A stretch of 64,000 bases of DNA. It comes from a virus. The notes under the pieces are model-generated. The model saw nothing but the letters and a program-made list of their open reading frames with translations, was not told where the DNA came from and did no database searches. Made by a program: the position numbers and the translations under genes. Of the stretch, positions 27,588 through 36,572 are shown one piece after another (within the stretch, counting starts at the first letter, position 1; each line of letters starts with the position of its first letter). Location: the IMG/VR virus record IMGVR_UViG_3300027733_000039, positions 33,132-97,131 of that record; one strand, given 5' to 3'.

Positions 27588-28472
27588 ATGCCAACCTTTT
27601 GGGATAAGAGAAATAACGTAAGTCAAACCGTTGTTAGTACACCCACCTCTATAAAAACACGCCCATCAACAACTGTTGCTTCTTGGTTTAACCCTCTAAA
27701 CAATAAATTAGTTGCTACAGGTGGAAGCATCCTTGACGTTAGTGGTTACCGTGTGCACACCTTTCAAGCATCTGGATCTTTCATCGTTACTTCTGGTTCT
27801 GCAACTATTCAAATAGGTTTGCTTTCTGGAGGAGGTGCTGGAAAAGGAGATGGCAACGGAGGTGGCGGTGGCGGTGGAGGAGGCTACAAAGAATTTACAA
27901 TTACTGGTGTTGGCGTAGGTACATACAGTGTGGCTGTTGGTGGAGGTGGTCCAGCAAATACAATTGGTGGTGCTTCCTATATGCCCGAGTTTTATATAAA
28001 TAGCACAGGTGGTGGACCAGGTAGTGGATTTGCCACTGTCGGTGGCGTTGGCGGCAACGGAGGTGGTGGTGGCGCTTTTGCCGCTGGTGGGTCATCCTAC
28101 CCAGATGAAGGTAACGCTGGTGGTGCTGGAAACTTTTACAATGGTGGAGGTGGCGGCGGCAGAGGAAGTGCGGGTAGTGCGGGTGGAGCCAACCCAGTAG
28201 AAACTGGTGGTAATGGTGGTACTGGCGCTTTACTTCCTTGGGCAAACATCCCATCTATACAAGTAATGAGTGCGGGTGGCGGTGGAGGAGGCGGTGGCGG
28301 TGGAGGTGGTGTTTCCACTGGTGGAGCAGGCGGTGGCGGAAACGGAGCAGGTTACGCTGGCGGTGCTAATGGTGTTGCAGGAACACAATTTATTGGAGGT
28401 GGTGGAGGTGGCGGATACTTCGCTGGAGGAAATGGTGGTAGTGGAACGGTGTGGATTAGGTATGTCCTCTAG
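27588..28472 (+). CDS. glycine-rich domain protein 8
   Basis: YRVHTFQASG then Gly-rich domain, GGSGTVWIRY. Confidence 0.75.
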   Translation: MPTFWDKRNNVSQTVVSTPTSIKTRPSTTVASWFNPLNNKLVATGGSILDVSGYRVHTFQASGSFIVTSGSATIQIGLLSGGGAGKGDGNGGGGGGGGGYKEFTITGVGVGTYSVAVGGGGPANTIGGASYMPEFYINSTGGGPGSGFATVGGVGGNGGGGGAFAAGGSSYPDEGNAGGAGNFYNGGGGGGRGSAGSAGGANPVETGGNGGTGALLPWANIPSIQVMSAGGGGGGGGGGGGVSTGGAGGGGNGAGYAGGANGVAGTQFIGGGGGGGYFAGGNGGSGTVWIRYVL

Positions 28473-28489
28473 TGGTGTAAAATAATGCC

Positions 28490-29065
28490 ATGACAAAAAT
28501 GACCTGGCCTGTAGTCCCAATCAAATTCTGTGAACACCTTAAAGGCAAGAAGCCTTCGGAAATCACCCCAGCAATGCTTCGCAAATTGTCGTGTGGTGGT
28601 CAACTGCACCATTGCGCCGCCCGTGCTTTTGAAGCAATGAAGGCAGCCGCAGCAGTTGATGGTGTTGTCTTGGCTCCGACTAGCGTCGGTGACACTTTTA
28701 GAAGTATTGGCGCCCAAAAGGCAGGATTCCTACAAAGATTTCAGTTAGAAGTTATTCCAGGTGCCCAGACACGCACCTATGACGGCAAGACGTGGTACTT
28801 GAAGAAAGGCATGGCAGTGCTTGCCAGCCCAACAGATGACGCCGCTAAATGTTCAAAGCACATGCTTGGCATTGCCATTGATATTGCTAACACAGGCAAC
28901 AAGAAGATCATGGATTGGCTATTGGCTAACGAACAGAAGTTTGGTTTTAGTCATGAAGTTGTAGATATGCCAGGCGCCGAGAGTTGGCACATTCGTTTCA
29001 CTGAGGGTCAGGCTATGCCACAATCCGTTCTTGACTACGAGGCAACACTTCCTCCAAAGGCGTAA
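28490..29065 (+). CDS. M15 (VanY-like) Zn peptidase, probable endolysin
   Basis: FRS..Q, SKH..GIAID, ESWH motifs; TAAAAT-N6-ATG. Confidence 0.8.
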   Translation: MTKMTWPVVPIKFCEHLKGKKPSEITPAMLRKLSCGGQLHHCAARAFEAMKAAAAVDGVVLAPTSVGDTFRSIGAQKAGFLQRFQLEVIPGAQTRTYDGKTWYLKKGMAVLASPTDDAAKCSKHMLGIAIDIANTGNKKIMDWLLANEQKFGFSHEVVDMPGAESWHIRFTEGQAMPQSVLDYEATLPPKA

Positions 29066-29074
29066 CATAGCCAT

Positions 29075-29530
29075 ATGGCACCACGACCTAAACCAGGATT
29101 AAACAAGTCGGCAAGAGAACGTTTTGCTGAAGGTTTAAACTATTATTCAGGTCAAGGTCTCATCCAAGAAGAGCGTGCTCGTACTCGTGCAAACGAGAGA
29201 ACATTCACACCCAGCACATTAACTCCTATTCCGTGGGACCCTAACACCACCTACTACCATCCACCTGATGAAAGTAGTCGTGTAGAAGCCTTTCGTTATG
29301 TTGCTTTAGAAGGAACCTCTGGCGCTGTTGGTTACAACGGCACTCTCTTTGTTCGTTTTATTAAACATGGCACCCCATGGAAATACTTAAATGTTCCCGC
29401 ACATATTTACCAATCATTTGCGTCGGCTCAGTCAAAAGGGCGCTATATTAACTCGGTACTCAATAACTTTCCAAACAGTAGGGCATCGGGCGATGAAGAG
29501 AGCACGTTTTTCGTACAATCTCAAATGTAA
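29075..29530 (+). CDS. KTSC-domain protein
   Basis: LFVRF..G..WKYLNVP..Y..F..A.SKGRYIN. Confidence 0.75.
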   Translation: MAPRPKPGLNKSARERFAEGLNYYSGQGLIQEERARTRANERTFTPSTLTPIPWDPNTTYYHPPDESSRVEAFRYVALEGTSGAVGYNGTLFVRFIKHGTPWKYLNVPAHIYQSFASAQSKGRYINSVLNNFPNSRASGDEESTFFVQSQM

Positions 29531-29532
29531 GC

Positions 29533-29799
29533 ATGAATAAGGTCCATGGCGCTGGGCGCTTGTATTGGATCATTAGAGATTTTGTAGATCTGCGTACACC
29601 TCTGATGTGTATGGGTTTCATGAAAGAAACTGACTATCCATGGCGACACGGTAAGGGTATTCAAATTAGAACATCTAAATACACCATTCAAATAGGATTG
29701 TGTAAGCGCCTTAAGGTAGTTACTGAAACAGACGGTATATTACAAGCCATAGGAGGGCGTGACATGGATACGCCCGCACGAGAGATAGGGATGTGGTGA
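29533..29799 (+). CDS. hypothetical protein
   Basis: Closely packed ORF, ETDYPWRHGKG. Confidence 0.6.
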   Translation: MNKVHGAGRLYWIIRDFVDLRTPLMCMGFMKETDYPWRHGKGIQIRTSKYTIQIGLCKRLKVVTETDGILQAIGGRDMDTPAREIGMW

Positions 29800-30032
29800 T
29801 GGGTTTTTTCGTTAAGAAGACAGAGCCAAAAGAGATAAAGATTCCACAGAGGATTCGTAACTTAGATCGTGTCTCCTTGCTCCAGTGGTTTGATAACAGT
29901 ATTATGAGTCTTGGAGCCAGTTTTGATAAATGGCGGTATCACGATGGTCCCATCGGAGAAGTAGACGACGCCCTTATAGCCCTCAACAATATTTGGGAAG
30001 AATTACAGGGAAGGGTTGACGCTCACAACTAA
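29799..30032 (+). CDS. hypothetical protein
   Basis: TGATG coupling to the upstream gene. Confidence 0.6.
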   Translation: MGFFVKKTEPKEIKIPQRIRNLDRVSLLQWFDNSIMSLGASFDKWRYHDGPIGEVDDALIALNNIWEELQGRVDAHN

Positions 30033-30051
30033 GCCTGATACCCTCACATCT

Positions 30052-30336
30052 ATGACAAACAACACGGACACCAAACCAATAATTACCAATCTAGAAAAAA
30101 GTGATAAGCGCCGCCTTACTAACGCTATTAATGACCTTTTCATGCTCACTGAATCGTATGCCTCTAAGGTATTTACAACATCTCCTGATGATGCAGAAGC
30201 CACCCTTGTGGACATCAAAAACCTCACGATGCTCCTTGAAGATGTTGCTGCTCTCATTGCAGAAGTTCGTCCAGCCAGAATTAGCCAACCAGGCCCTGAC
30301 CAAGGTCAGATGAAGTTTGATAACGACTCCTATTAA
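30052..30336 (+). CDS. hypothetical protein (leaderless)
   Basis: TTGACG-N17-TACCCT-N7-ATG. Confidence 0.6.
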   Translation: MTNNTDTKPIITNLEKSDKRRLTNAINDLFMLTESYASKVFTTSPDDAEATLVDIKNLTMLLEDVAALIAEVRPARISQPGPDQGQMKFDNDSY

Positions 30337-30353
30337 TCGTCTATGCTAGGTCT

Positions 30354-31919
30354 GTGCTTACAGACGACGAACTAGACGAAAACCTTTTAGCCGAAGACGT
30401 AGCCGAAGAGTTAGACGAGACTTCGGCAGAGTTTCTTGACGAACTGGTTAAACGCATTATTGTTTTTACTGAAGAGTTTTGCGATATTGAACTCTTTCCA
30501 TACCAAGTTCCTATTGCTTATCGCTTAATTGAATCTGTCATTCTTGGTGACGGCGAAGAAATAACTGTTGTAGCAACACGTCAGAGTGGTAAGTCTGAAG
30601 TGCTCTCTAATGTCATGGCTTCTATGATGGTTATCTTGCCTAAGTTGGCAAAGGTGTACCCAACATGGTTAGAGAAGTTTGAACGAGGTTTTTGGTGTGG
30701 AGTGTTTGCTCCTGTGGAAGACCAAGCCGACACTGTCTTTAGTCGTATCGTTGGCAAGTTAACAAGTGAGCATGCTCTTGACTTCCTCTTAGACCCTGAG
30801 ATTGATGACAAAGCCACATCAGGTGGAGCACGAGGTAAGGGACGCATCATCACTCTGAAGCACTCAGGTTCCCTTTGCCGTATGCAAACGTGTAACCCTA
30901 AAGCCAAGATTGAATCAAAGACGTATCACTTCATTTTGATTGACGAGGCTCAAGGTGCTGACGAGTTCATGATTGCCAAGTCTATTAAGCCAATGCTTGC
31001 CTTTAATAACGGAAGCATTTGCCTTACAGGAACGGCTACCCGAAACAAATCTTACTTCTACAAAATGATCCAGTACAACAAAAGACGAATGGTTAACGGT
31101 GGTCGTAAGACCCGCCCTTCACACTTTGAATACGACTGGAAGGTTGCTGCTAAGTACAACGCCAACTATGGCAAGTTTATTGCTAAAGAAAAACTACGCA
31201 TCGGAGAAGACTCCGACGAATTCCAAATGTCCTACGAAAACAAATGGGTCCTTGATAGAGGTATGTTTGTCACGGATGAGCGCTTAGAGAGGCTCTATGA
31301 CCCCTCTATGGGGCTTGTAAAGCAATGGTGGAGGACACCCGTAGTAGTCGGTATTGACGTTGCTCGCTCTAATGACTCCACCGTAGTGACAGTCTGTTGG
31401 GTTGACTGGGACCACCCAGATCCTTTTGGCTTCCACGAGCATCGTGTCCTCAACTGGTTAGAAATTAACAATGAAGAATGGGAAACCCAGTATTTCCAAA
31501 TCATTGACTTCTTGCGTAACTATGACCCTCTCAGAATTGGTATTGACTCTCAGGGTGTGGGCGGCGCTGTGGCTGAACGATTCAAAGTTCTTCTACCAGA
31601 TATTGAAGTAGTTTCCATATCTTCAGACTCCAAGGCACAGCACGAGCGCTGGGTACACCTAACTGAACTCATTCAGAGAGAGCAATTAATTATTCCAGGT
31701 CACTCTAAGGCTAAACGCACCCGTACTTGGAAGCGCTTTAACCAGCAAATGGGTGACCTAGAAAAGGCTTATCGTGGTCCATATATGTTGGCAGAGGCTC
31801 CTAATGAAAAAGGTGCTTTTGATGACTACCCCGATTCTCTTGCTATTGCCTGCTTTATGACCATGACGGATACCATGCCCCAGATACAGGTGGCGGAATC
31901 TCCATTCTTCGGTCGCTAA
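30354..31919 (+). CDS. terL: terminase large subunit
   Basis: Walker A RQSGKS, Walker B ILIDEAQ, nuclease GIDVA...DDYPDS. Confidence 0.92.
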   Translation: MLTDDELDENLLAEDVAEELDETSAEFLDELVKRIIVFTEEFCDIELFPYQVPIAYRLIESVILGDGEEITVVATRQSGKSEVLSNVMASMMVILPKLAKVYPTWLEKFERGFWCGVFAPVEDQADTVFSRIVGKLTSEHALDFLLDPEIDDKATSGGARGKGRIITLKHSGSLCRMQTCNPKAKIESKTYHFILIDEAQGADEFMIAKSIKPMLAFNNGSICLTGTATRNKSYFYKMIQYNKRRMVNGGRKTRPSHFEYDWKVAAKYNANYGKFIAKEKLRIGEDSDEFQMSYENKWVLDRGMFVTDERLERLYDPSMGLVKQWWRTPVVVGIDVARSNDSTVVTVCWVDWDHPDPFGFHEHRVLNWLEINNEEWETQYFQIIDFLRNYDPLRIGIDSQGVGGAVAERFKVLLPDIEVVSISSDSKAQHERWVHLTELIQREQLIIPGHSKAKRTRTWKRFNQQMGDLEKAYRGPYMLAEAPNEKGAFDDYPDSLAIACFMTMTDTMPQIQVAESPFFGR

Positions 31920-31968
31920 ATGGTGCTAATCTTAGATATTAATTAATTCAACCCTCACGGAGGCTTAC

Positions 31969-32370
31969 GTGAACGTAGCACCAGCACCACAATTCCCAGA
32001 GCGCTCACCGAACGTTTTTGAACGTTCAATGGCGCCAAGCATCCCAGGCAACCGAGGACCGTTGCGTTTTGAAGAAGGTGTCGCAACTGACACTGACGTT
32101 CCAAACGACTTCGCCAAGGGCGCATACATGGATCCGACATCTGCCCCAGGTCGTCAGAACCATAACAACCCTGAGATGTTTTACAAGTACCCAGAAGAGA
32201 CTATGCGTGAGCGTGCTCACGTTGGCTCCGCTTCATGGATTGAAGCCCCATCGGTTTTGAGCGAGTTCGTTCAAGGATCAATGTCAGGCGACGGCATGCC
32301 AGCATTTGAGTACGAGTACAACAGCGGCGGTCACATGAACCGCATGAACCCAACAGTCGTTAACGACTAA
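31969..32370 (+). CDS. conserved phage hypothetical protein
   Basis: GGAGG RBS; RGPLRFEEGVATDTDVP. Confidence 0.7.
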   Translation: MNVAPAPQFPERSPNVFERSMAPSIPGNRGPLRFEEGVATDTDVPNDFAKGAYMDPTSAPGRQNHNNPEMFYKYPEETMRERAHVGSASWIEAPSVLSEFVQGSMSGDGMPAFEYEYNSGGHMNRMNPTVVND

Positions 32371-32372
32371 GT

Positions 32373-32831
32373 ATGGAAGGCGGCGCCGACGCAGGCGCCA
32401 GCACATCCGACAGCGATGTTAATGGTGGGGGGAGTCCAACGACTCCCCCTACTAATACCCAAAGTGGGATAGCCATCGGTCAGGTGTATGCTGGGGCTGG
32501 ATTCTTTGCTGGTGCGGTTAAATCCCGCAAGCAACATTTCCATGAGACTCAGCAGCAGTACCGACGCCCTGATTACGGGACGGGTGACCGCAACCCAATG
32601 CTAGGACACACTCCAGGTCCTAAGGGTGGCATTGACATGAAGCGCAATATGTCTGGGCTGGGTGTGGGTTACACAGATGCTCTTGACTTGTTTAAGCCAC
32701 AAGGCACTTCTGTCAACAAAAAATCTAATGGTGTAAAACGCCAATACCGTGCTATTGACCCTATGCGTCGTCGTGAAGCAGGAACTCGTGCATATCTTAA
32801 GAATAACCCTCAAAATAAGGACGGAGTGTAA
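32373..32831 (+). CDS. hypothetical protein
   Basis: In-operon ORF. Confidence 0.6.
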   Translation: MEGGADAGASTSDSDVNGGGSPTTPPTNTQSGIAIGQVYAGAGFFAGAVKSRKQHFHETQQQYRRPDYGTGDRNPMLGHTPGPKGGIDMKRNMSGLGVGYTDALDLFKPQGTSVNKKSNGVKRQYRAIDPMRRREAGTRAYLKNNPQNKDGV

Positions 32832-32834
32832 TTT

Positions 32835-33854
32835 ATGGGAAATAGGTCCAGCCTAGAAAAAAGACTTGCTGAAGCCAGCATTGATGACGTAATTAAGTAC
32901 TCAACAGGCAAAGGTCTTAAAGAAGCCCAAAGTACCTTTAGCAAGTTATCCCAAAGCACTACTGGCACTACCAAAGCAGGCGACATCAAACGTGGTGGTA
33001 GCAAACCTTATTTGCTAGGTAGTTCCACCAAACTAGAACATAATGATACTTCTGGTGAAACCAGTGTCCTTGGTTCAAAACAACTTGTGCAATACCTACA
33101 ACCATCCACACAAGGTGGCATCAAAGGTTGTAACACCTGTGGTTCTGAAACAAAAGGTTGCAAAGGCGCTTGCCTTAGTGGCTCAGGTCAACTCGGACTA
33201 ACTGGTGGAGAAATTGCCAAACAGACACGGACTAAAATGGCATGGGAGCACCCAGATCAATATTTAGGTCTCGTACATTCACAAATTCGTAACCATGAAA
33301 GAACTGCGCAAGGGATGCGTAGGACTGCTGTTGTTCGTTTAAATGGAACCTCTGATGTTGGCTGGCACCGCCTGGGTGAGACCTCAGATCTTCTGATTGG
33401 ATCCCGTCCAAAGACTCAATTCAATGAGTACACAAAGTTTGATACTCACGACGTCGTAGAGCATGAGGATCCAAATCCTTACAGCAATTACCACCAAATC
33501 CATAGCGTGACCGAGAACACGACAGTTCCCCGCATTCAGCAAATTACTTCTTCAGGACGAAACGTTGCGGTACCTTTCAATATTAAGAAAGGTGAGTCAG
33601 TTCCTAACGCTGTAACTTTGCGAGACAAGCAAGGTCGTAGCATTGACCTACCAACCGTTCGTACAGAACGTGGTGAGTCCGCAGGAGATGCTCATGACAT
33701 GCGTCACCTTGACCAAAAGATTGGTGGCGCTGTAGTTCTTCGTGCTAAAGAAATCACTGTTCAAGGACGCCGTGGCGTGTTTGATAAGACTGGTTTTATT
33801 CGTCCTATGGAAACCCCTGTGCAAGCACCACAACGTAGGAAGCACACAGAATGA
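32835..33854 (+). CDS. Gp88-like protein with Cys cluster
   Basis: C-x6-C-x3-C; RLNGTSD; EYTK; GD.HD.R.LD. Confidence 0.65.
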   Translation: MGNRSSLEKRLAEASIDDVIKYSTGKGLKEAQSTFSKLSQSTTGTTKAGDIKRGGSKPYLLGSSTKLEHNDTSGETSVLGSKQLVQYLQPSTQGGIKGCNTCGSETKGCKGACLSGSGQLGLTGGEIAKQTRTKMAWEHPDQYLGLVHSQIRNHERTAQGMRRTAVVRLNGTSDVGWHRLGETSDLLIGSRPKTQFNEYTKFDTHDVVEHEDPNPYSNYHQIHSVTENTTVPRIQQITSSGRNVAVPFNIKKGESVPNAVTLRDKQGRSIDLPTVRTERGESAGDAHDMRHLDQKIGGAVVLRAKEITVQGRRGVFDKTGFIRPMETPVQAPQRRKHTE

Positions 33855-34084
33855 CCGACGCTTGGGCACTCATTATTGCCACACTTATTACTTCTGTAAC
33901 AGGAGCACTTGGTCTTACCATTAAGCAGTTCATTGCTATGCGTAAAGAGAACCGTTTAGATCATGGCATGGTCATGCTTCATTTAAAAGGTGTGAAACGT
34001 GCTATTGAGACCAATAGTGAAAAATTAGACAGTGTAGGCGAGCGCCTTACCAACCACTTGGATTGGCACCTAACAAAGAAGTGA
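33851..34084 (+). CDS. single-TM protein (holin-like)
   Basis: N-terminal TM helix then coiled segment, HLDWH. Confidence 0.6.
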   Translation: MTDAWALIIATLITSVTGALGLTIKQFIAMRKENRLDHGMVMLHLKGVKRAIETNSEKLDSVGERLTNHLDWHLTKK

Positions 34085-34158
34085 TACTAGACACACCCGT
34101 GAATAGGGTGCTAGGATGTTCCTGACCGTAATTCTGAATTACAAAAGGTTAGGTATTT

Positions 34159-34458
34159 GTGAAACAAGAAGACCATAAAAGTAGTTTATTGGATGCGCTT
34201 TTAAATCCAAAAGACGATGCAACATCCGATACTTGCAAGTTTACTCGCACCAAAATGAAGATGTCTTCTGATGAACAAGAGGCTATAGACAGAGCCATTG
34301 AACTTATCCGAGAAGATAACGGTTTGGGCAAAAGTAAAACGTACAGTGCGTCATGGCTTACTAAAGTCATGCGCCAACATGGATACAACGTAAGCATAAG
34401 TACCATCCAACGGCATGTCAATAAGGATTGCTGTTGTTACCAAGGAGGCGCACAATGA
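34159..34458 (+). CDS. small HTH-like protein
   Basis: SASWLTKVMRQHGYNVSISTIQRH..C.C. Confidence 0.6.
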   Translation: MKQEDHKSSLLDALLNPKDDATSDTCKFTRTKMKMSSDEQEAIDRAIELIREDNGLGKSKTYSASWLTKVMRQHGYNVSISTIQRHVNKDCCCYQGGAQ

Positions 34459-35609
34459 GTGAACTGGCAGACGCATTAAGTAATCCACCACAAGACAAGA
34501 GCAAACTTCTTGGCAAGTTGGTGGAAATGTTGGAGCGTAAAAACATTGACATCAACGAAATTGGTGATGTTAGAAAAGTAAAGTTGTATCAGTCACTTAC
34601 AAAAGACGCTGACGGTGAAGCACAAATCCACGATCTTGCAGCAATTCAGTTCAGCCCTAAATGGGAGACTGGTCCTGAATGGCCTGTTGTAAAACAAGGT
34701 CCTGCTGTCAAGATGCCACCAGTAACAGCCAAAACTAAAAAGCCAACAACATTTAAAACATGTGTAATTGTTCCCGATATTCAAATTGGATATTACCGTG
34801 GTCGTGATGGTCAGTTGGAGCCAACTCATGATGAGAAAGCAATCCATGTTTGTTTAAAGATGATTCAAGATACCCAACCTGAAGTCATTGCATGTGTGGG
34901 AGACAACTTGGACTTTCCTGAAATGGGTAAGTATCTGACGTACCCTGCGTATGCACAAACTACGCAAGCATCTATTGATCGTGCAACTTTCTTCTGTGCA
35001 CAAATGCGAGCAATGGCTCCTAATGCAAAGATCATTTGGCTTGCAGGAAACCATGAAGAGCGCATGCCTAAGTACATCCTTGTTAACGCAGGTGTCGCTT
35101 ATGGTCTGCGTAAGGGAAACATTCCTGAGTCATGGCCTGTGTTAAGTGTCCCTTACCTGTGTCGCATGGATGAATTTGGCGTGGAGTACCGTCCAGGTTA
35201 TCCAGCAGCAGATTTCTGGGTCAATGAAAAACTCCGTATTATCCACGGTGATCGTGTGAAGTCGTCAGGATCCACAGCACACGTTTACCTCAACCAAGAA
35301 AAGACGAGCGTCATCTATGGTCACATACACCGAATTGAAACAGCATTTAAAACTCGTGAAGACTTTGATGGACCAAGAACCATCATGGCGGCTTCTCCTG
35401 GTTGCCTTGCTCGGATTGACGGCGCTATCCCTTCTACTCGTGGCGGGGTGGATCTAGACGGACGTCCGCTAACTCGCTACGAGAACTGGCAACAGGGTCT
35501 TGGAGTCGTTCAGTACGAAGATTCAGGAGCACATCGCTTCTCTTATGACGTCATCCCTATCTATGACGGTTGGGCAATGTACAACGGCAAGGAATATCAG
35601 GCAGACTAA
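34455..35609 (+). CDS. calcineurin-like metallophosphoesterase
   Basis: PDIQ, GDNLD, GNHE, HG, GHIH motifs. Confidence 0.85.
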   Translation: MSELADALSNPPQDKSKLLGKLVEMLERKNIDINEIGDVRKVKLYQSLTKDADGEAQIHDLAAIQFSPKWETGPEWPVVKQGPAVKMPPVTAKTKKPTTFKTCVIVPDIQIGYYRGRDGQLEPTHDEKAIHVCLKMIQDTQPEVIACVGDNLDFPEMGKYLTYPAYAQTTQASIDRATFFCAQMRAMAPNAKIIWLAGNHEERMPKYILVNAGVAYGLRKGNIPESWPVLSVPYLCRMDEFGVEYRPGYPAADFWVNEKLRIIHGDRVKSSGSTAHVYLNQEKTSVIYGHIHRIETAFKTREDFDGPRTIMAASPGCLARIDGAIPSTRGGVDLDGRPLTRYENWQQGLGVVQYEDSGAHRFSYDVIPIYDGWAMYNGKEYQAD

Positions 35610-36238
35610 TGACAACCATCATTGGCGTACAAGGTGATGGCTTTGCTGTCGTGTGCGTTGATTCTCGTATTTCTTCTATGGACTCCACTGGGCTATCTCA
35701 GATTGGTACGTTACGAGAAGGGTCTAGCAAGGTTGCAATAAACGGCAAGTACTTGTTAGGAGCGGCTGGAGACGTTCGTGCAATCAATATCTTGCACCAT
35801 GTCTTTCAGCCACCTGCACCCCCTCCAAATGTCAAAGGAAAGAAACTAGACCAGTTCTTTACTGCCAAGTTTATTCCTGCTCTACGGGAATGCTTTGATT
35901 CTCAAGGCTATTCCATCCCTGATCGTGAAGACAAAGAACATATGGCAGAACAGGGGTCTACCCTTTTAATTGCTGTAAACGGCGTTATCTACATCGTGGA
36001 TGGGGACTACTCGTGGGCATCAGAAGCCAATGGTCTTTACTCAATAGGCTCAGGTTCTGCCTACGCTTTGGGGGCAATGCAAGTACTCACACATAACAAG
36101 AAGCAAACCGTTCAGCAGGCTAAAACCCACGCTATTAAGGCTTTAACTATTGCTGCTCGCTTTGATCCCCATACGGGCGCTCCGTACCATACATATGTTC
36201 AAGAGCAAGAAAACACCCGTACTCGTAAAACGGTATAA
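35609..36238 (+). CDS. Ntn-hydrolase (HslV/proteasome-beta-like) peptidase
   Basis: N-terminal (M)TTI, DSR, K, GAAG, IGSGS, A.RFD..T. Confidence 0.8.
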   Translation: MTTIIGVQGDGFAVVCVDSRISSMDSTGLSQIGTLREGSSKVAINGKYLLGAAGDVRAINILHHVFQPPAPPPNVKGKKLDQFFTAKFIPALRECFDSQGYSIPDREDKEHMAEQGSTLLIAVNGVIYIVDGDYSWASEANGLYSIGSGSAYALGAMQVLTHNKKQTVQQAKTHAIKALTIAARFDPHTGAPYHTYVQEQENTRTRKTV

Positions 36239-36266
36239 TCAATCTAAACCTATTCAAGGAGTCATC

Positions 36267-36533
36267 ATGGCTGATCTCAAGAAAACACACGCAGACGCAA
36301 CAATTAAGGGTGCCGCAATCGGACTCTTGGCTTATGTCGCTGCAAAATACAATGTCTCACCAGAAGTAGTTGCTGTGGCAATTCCACTAGTAGCCGCTGG
36401 TTTGTCAGTGGTATCAAGCAAGATCGGTGATAAAAACACCGCACTATTGTTGAGCCTTGCAACAAAAGCAATTGAACAAGCACCAGCACCAATCAAGGCA
36501 CCAGCAAAAAAGACTGCTCCAAAAAAGAAGTAG
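36267..36533 (+). CDS. membrane protein with basic tail (holin-like)
   Basis: AGGAG RBS; two hydrophobic segments; PAKKTAPKKK. Confidence 0.6.
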   Translation: MADLKKTHADATIKGAAIGLLAYVAAKYNVSPEVVAVAIPLVAAGLSVVSSKIGDKNTALLLSLATKAIEQAPAPIKAPAKKTAPKKK

Positions 36534-36572
36534 TATTTACATACCTACTCTTTTATTGATAAGGTGTAACTG

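Noticed and set aside
15272-28472. Diversity-generating retroelement behind the tip variation
   Set aside because: No reverse transcriptase in the window and no repeat pair differing only at adenines was seen.
9400-28520. Many alternative-frame and antisense ORFs (poly-Val, poly-Pro, His-rich)
   Set aside because: Shadows of Thr- and Gly-rich codon runs, fully overlapping better-supported genes.
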